Part shown: positions 30,101 through 32,000 of the stretch, one piece after another
Numbering within the stretch: the first letter of the stretch is position 1
Layout: each line of letters starts with the position of its first letter
From: Halorhodospira halophila SL1
Lineage (GTDB): Bacteria; Pseudomonadota; Gammaproteobacteria; Nitrococcales; Halorhodospiraceae
Direction: 5' to 3'
Assembly: GCF_000015585.1 (NCBI RefSeq)
Contig: NC_008789.1
Location: forward strand, 30,001-62,000
DNA length: 32,000 bases
The notes under the pieces: model-generated
What the model was told of the DNA's origin: nothing
Databases searched by the model: none
What the model saw: the letters and a program-made list of their open reading frames with translations, nothing else
Position numbers and translations under genes: made by a program

Positions 30101-31033
30101 ATCCCCGCTCAGGCCGTGCACTTCCTGGAGAAGCCGATGCCGGCCGCAGTGCCGCCGCAGGGCATGCGCCAGATCCTCGGCGCCGAGGAGTCGGATCACA
30201 TCCCGATCATCCGGGACCCGCAACGGACCGATGAAAACAGCGAGGCGGTGTTCTACTTCCCGGGCTGTGGCCCCGAACGGCTGTTCAGTCAGGTCGGGAT
30301 GGCAACCCTGGCGATGCTTCACGACTCCGGCGTCAAGACGGTGCTGCCCCCCGGCTATCTGTGCTGCGGCTACCCCCAGCATGCCGGCGGGTACATCGAC
30401 CGGGCTAAGGAGATCACTACGGCCAACCGGGTCCTCCTCCACCGCGTGGCCAACACCCTGAACTACATGGACATCCAGACGGTGGTGGTCTCTTGCGGCA
30501 CCTGCATCAGCCAGCTTGAGCTCTACGAGTTCAACCGGATCTTCCCGGGGTGCCGACTGATCGACATCCACGAGTTCCTGCTGGAAAAGGGCTATCGACT
30601 GGAGGGCAGTAAAGAGACGCAGTACCTCTATCACGACCCCTGCCACCCGTCGATCAAGACGCAGAACCCCACGGGGGTGGCCTCGGAGCTGATGGGGCAA
30701 CCGGTTCAGCTCTCCGATCGCTGCTGCGGTGAGTCGGGCATCTTCGCCGTATCGCGCCCGGACATCTCCAGCCAGGTGCGCCACCGCAAGCAGGAGGAGA
30801 TCCGCCAGGGCGTGCAGTCCCTGACCGGAGCGGCGCGTGCCGAGGACGGCAACGTGCGCATGCTGACCACCTGCCCCTCCTGCCTGCAGGGATTGTCGCG
30901 CTATCGCGAGGACACCGGTGTCGAGGCCGACTACATCGTCACCGAGATGGCGCGGGAGCTCCTCGGCGAGGACTGGCAGGAGCGCTTCACGGAGCAAGCG
31001 CGTAAGGGCAGTCTGGAGAAGGTGCTGCTGTAA
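27173..31033 (+). CDS. Giant FAD-linked oxidase / Fe-S (2x[4Fe-4S] + 2xCCG) oxidoreductase with an uncharacterised N-terminal domain (DUF3683-like as I recall)
   Basis: 1286 aa from ATG 27173; the track start at 27167 is TTG. N-domain: [42 protein letters not shown]-binding PCMH domain: [16 protein letters not shown] and [16 protein letters not shown]/GlcD-type C-terminal motifs: [11 protein letters not shown] and [13 protein letters not shown]. Ferredoxin motifs: [11 protein letters not shown] (29624-29656) and [12 protein letters not shown] (29810-29845). Two CCG modules: FPGCG...LCCGYP (30266-30370) and HDPCH...RCCGESG (30641-30730). Confidence 0.85.
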   Translation: MAAINQEPTRIREIPYNYTSFSDREIVVRFLGEETWDLLNELRGERRTGISARMLFEVLGDLWVVSRNPYIQDDLINTPKRLRALVSSMHHRVDQIFARANGNQKGIDLGERARRAVQEFEQHYRRQRQRRQRIKRRLARFTRSDNICFDGLSRVSHATDATDWRVEIPFLVLTPDTEEEIAPLVATCIEEGLTIIPRGGGTGYTGGAVPLDGDSAVINTEKLDAISPVEEVDLPGVDTPVSTIHVGAGAVTRRVSERAEAHGRVFAVDPTSQDASTIGGNISMNAGGKKAVLWGTTLDNIVSYRMITAEAKWIEVERLDHNLGKLDDLDTVRFRVTRYARDGQTQEGEPEILSFSGTSFRKPGLGKDVTDKFLGGLPGVQKEGCDGLITSARMLVHRMPEHQRTVCLEFYGDDLHEAVPAITEIRDDLLADEQVALAGLEHLDERYIQAVDYSPKANRSEIPKMILLADLASDHPDAVGEAASRIVRLANQRNGEGFIAVSEEAQRRFWAERSRTAAIASHTNAFKINEDVVIPLERLAEYTEGVERINVEQSMRNKLAMLSELLDYLGGDMPEVRQVKDFEDSEEGDRILADKKAAARDHLSQVRERWQQILEAFDAAAADRDDLLDDTARADLRAGDRIIDLLLRRSLRISYRREVERPLEEFFKGRDLQPVRARFTEIHDRVLRSRLFVALHMHAGDGNVHTNIPVNSGDYGMMREAERIVDRIMELAQSLGGVITGEHGVGLTKMQYLDPEQVQRFAEFIDRVDPEGRFNRGKLMPGSGLENAYTPSLFLVEEEALILEESELGELNRDIKDCLRCGKCKPVCSTHVPRANLLYSPRNKILAAGLIIEAFLYEEQTRRGLSLRHFDVMNDVADHCTICHKCLKPCPVNIDFGDVTIRLRDILQRRKQRRTRLQTRVAMGFLNLTDPRLIKALRLGMARFGFAAQRQVSQGLRRMGVFPLKRRPGSTTERSSIPAQAVHFLEKPMPAAVPPQGMRQILGAEESDHIPIIRDPQRTDENSEAVFYFPGCGPERLFSQVGMATLAMLHDSGVKTVLPPGYLCCGYPQHAGGYIDRAKEITTANRVLLHRVANTLNYMDIQTVVVSCGTCISQLELYEFNRIFPGCRLIDIHEFLLEKGYRLEGSKETQYLYHDPCHPSIKTQNPTGVASELMGQPVQLSDRCCGESGIFAVSRPDISSQVRHRKQEEIRQGVQSLTGAARAEDGNVRMLTTCPSCLQGLSRYREDTGVEADYIVTEMARELLGEDWQERFTEQARKGSLEKVLL

Positions 31034-31060
31034 GGTCAGCACCACACAGGGGGCGCAGGG

Positions 31061-31396
31061 ATGATGGAGCTACTCGACGAGTTGCTATGGCGATCCGGCA
31101 CCTGGGTGCATGGGCATGTGCACGACATCGCCCTAGCGCTGATCGCCACGCTGCTCGTCGTCTATGGCAGCAGCATCAACCGGTTCGTCGCCCGCCCCCT
31201 GCGCCCCTACCCCTGGCTGATGCGCGTCGGCGCCTTTGTCCTGATGTGCGCGTTCGGCTACGGTCTGGTCACAGTGTGGGTCACGCCGCTGCTTGCCGAA
31301 GCCCTGCTCTACATCGAGACCCGTTACCTAGGGGTGGCCGTCATCGGCGCCTTCCTGGTGATCGGCTGGCTGGCCGAGCGCCGGAACCAGATCTGA
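31061..31396 (+). CDS. Small integral membrane protein (DUF3392-like as I recall)
   Basis: 111 aa, starting 27 nt after the preceding stop, with a G-rich SD (GGGGGCGCAGGG). It has three hydrophobic segments (IALALIATLLVVYG; VGAFVLMCAFGYGLVTVWV; LGVAVIGAFLVIGWL). Confidence 0.7.
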   Translation: MMELLDELLWRSGTWVHGHVHDIALALIATLLVVYGSSINRFVARPLRPYPWLMRVGAFVLMCAFGYGLVTVWVTPLLAEALLYIETRYLGVAVIGAFLVIGWLAERRNQI

Positions 31397-31434
31397 AGGC
31401 GCCCCAGCGGCTATACGACATATGGAGACCTACC

Positions 31435-32000
31435 ATGCTGATCCTGCTCCTGGGCCTGATCCTCTTCCTGGGCACCCACTCGGTCCGCGTCGTCGCCGAC
31501 GACTGGCGTTCCAACCAGATTGCCGCGTACGGCGAAATCCCCTGGAAGACCGCCTACTCGGCGCTGTCGCTTGTGGGCCTGATCATCGCCATCTACGGCT
31601 ACGGGCTGACCCGCGTCGATGCCGTCTGGGTGTGGATGCCGCCGAACTGGACGGCCCACCTGATGGCGCTGGTGATGATCCCGGCGTTCATCCTGCTCTT
31701 TTCCGCCTACGGGCCGGCCAATCGCATCCGCAACGCGGTCGGTCACCCGATGCTCCTGGCCGTGGCCCTCTGGGCGCTGGCCCACCTGATGGCCAACGGG
31801 CGGCTGGGCGATCTGGTCTTCTTCGGCGCCTTCCTGGCGTGGGCCTCGGTCACCTTCGTCGCGGCACGCGAGCGTGATCGGCGGCAGGCTGCGTCCCCCA
31901 CCCCGGCTCAGCGCTGGGGTAACGCCTGGGCCATTGGCGGCGGGCTGATCGGCTACATCGTCTTCGCCCTGTTCTTGCACATTCCGATCACCGGGGTCCC
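31435..32000 (+). CDS. NnrU-family membrane protein; 3' end beyond the window
   Basis: Absent from the ORF track because no stop lies in the window. It starts at ATG 31435 with SD GGAGA 6 nt upstream. Manual translation gives MLILLLGLILFLGTHSVRVVADDWRSNQIAAYGEIPWKTAYSALSLVGLIIAIYGYGL...HPMLLAVALWALAHLMANGRLGDLVFFGAFLAWA..., which is typical NnrU-like. The competing track ORFs 31422..31877(+) and 31411..31980(-) are Arg/Pro-rich shadows. Confidence 0.75.
   Translation, partial: MLILLLGLILFLGTHSVRVVADDWRSNQIAAYGEIPWKTAYSALSLVGLIIAIYGYGLTRVDAVWVWMPPNWTAHLMALVMIPAFILLFSAYGPANRIRNAVGHPMLLAVALWALAHLMANGRLGDLVFFGAFLAWASVTFVAARERDRRQAASPTPAQRWGNAWAIGGGLIGYIVFALFLHIPITGV

Noticed and set aside
29255-31045. 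596-aa ORF on the minus strand, plus similar long antisense ORFs: 24740..26338(+), 16082..17605(+), 22286..23752(-), 13560..14483(-), 9295..10200(+), 7569..8414(+), 1134..2024(+) and 22..705(+)
   Set aside because: Each lies entirely opposite a gene with unmistakable family motifs. The translations are low-complexity (R, G, P, A, H, D, L rich) with no recognisable motifs. Open antisense frames are expected in GC-rich DNA with strong third-position GC bias.
31411-31980. Track ORFs 31422..31877(+) and 31411..31980(-)
   Set aside because: Their translations are Pro/Arg/Gly-rich with no hydrophobic pattern. The third frame from ATG 31435 gives a clean polytopic NnrU-like membrane protein with a proper SD.

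Overview
This is a visibly GC-rich, very densely coded chromosomal segment. I computed no statistics. Gene order matches the core synteny known from enteric and pseudomonad gammaproteobacteria. On the minus strand, 1-12583 carries nudF (partial), rlmD, a PolB-like 3'-5' exonuclease, acpS, pdxJ, recO, era, rnc, lepB and lepA. An intrinsic terminator follows, then mucD, rseB, rseA and rpoE. nadB is divergent from rpoE, with a sigmaE-like promoter and a palindrome in the spacer. 14299-18457 (minus) is sdhC-sdhD-sdhA-sdhB-sdhE-ygfX, with ygfZ divergent across the only clearly AT-richer spacer in the window. Next come lysS and prfB (minus); prfB carries the canonical programmed +1 frameshift, which the ORF track splits. 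After these come a short-type adenosylhomocysteinase and a small conserved hypothetical gene. The least understood part is 24.3-32 kb. It holds a 903-aa fusion of an adenylate-forming fatty-acid ligase, a carrier domain and a PlsC-type acyltransferase. Divergent from it is a 1286-aa protein with an unknown N-domain, a FAD-linked oxidase and a 2x[4Fe-4S] + 2xCCG module, followed by a 111-aa membrane protein and an NnrU-family membrane protein that runs off the window. I found no tRNA or rRNA genes, CRISPR arrays, transposases or integrases. Many long ORFs in the track are antisense shadows typical of GC-rich DNA. Several true genes start well inside the reported ORFs, and the track also translates GTG and TTG starts as M.
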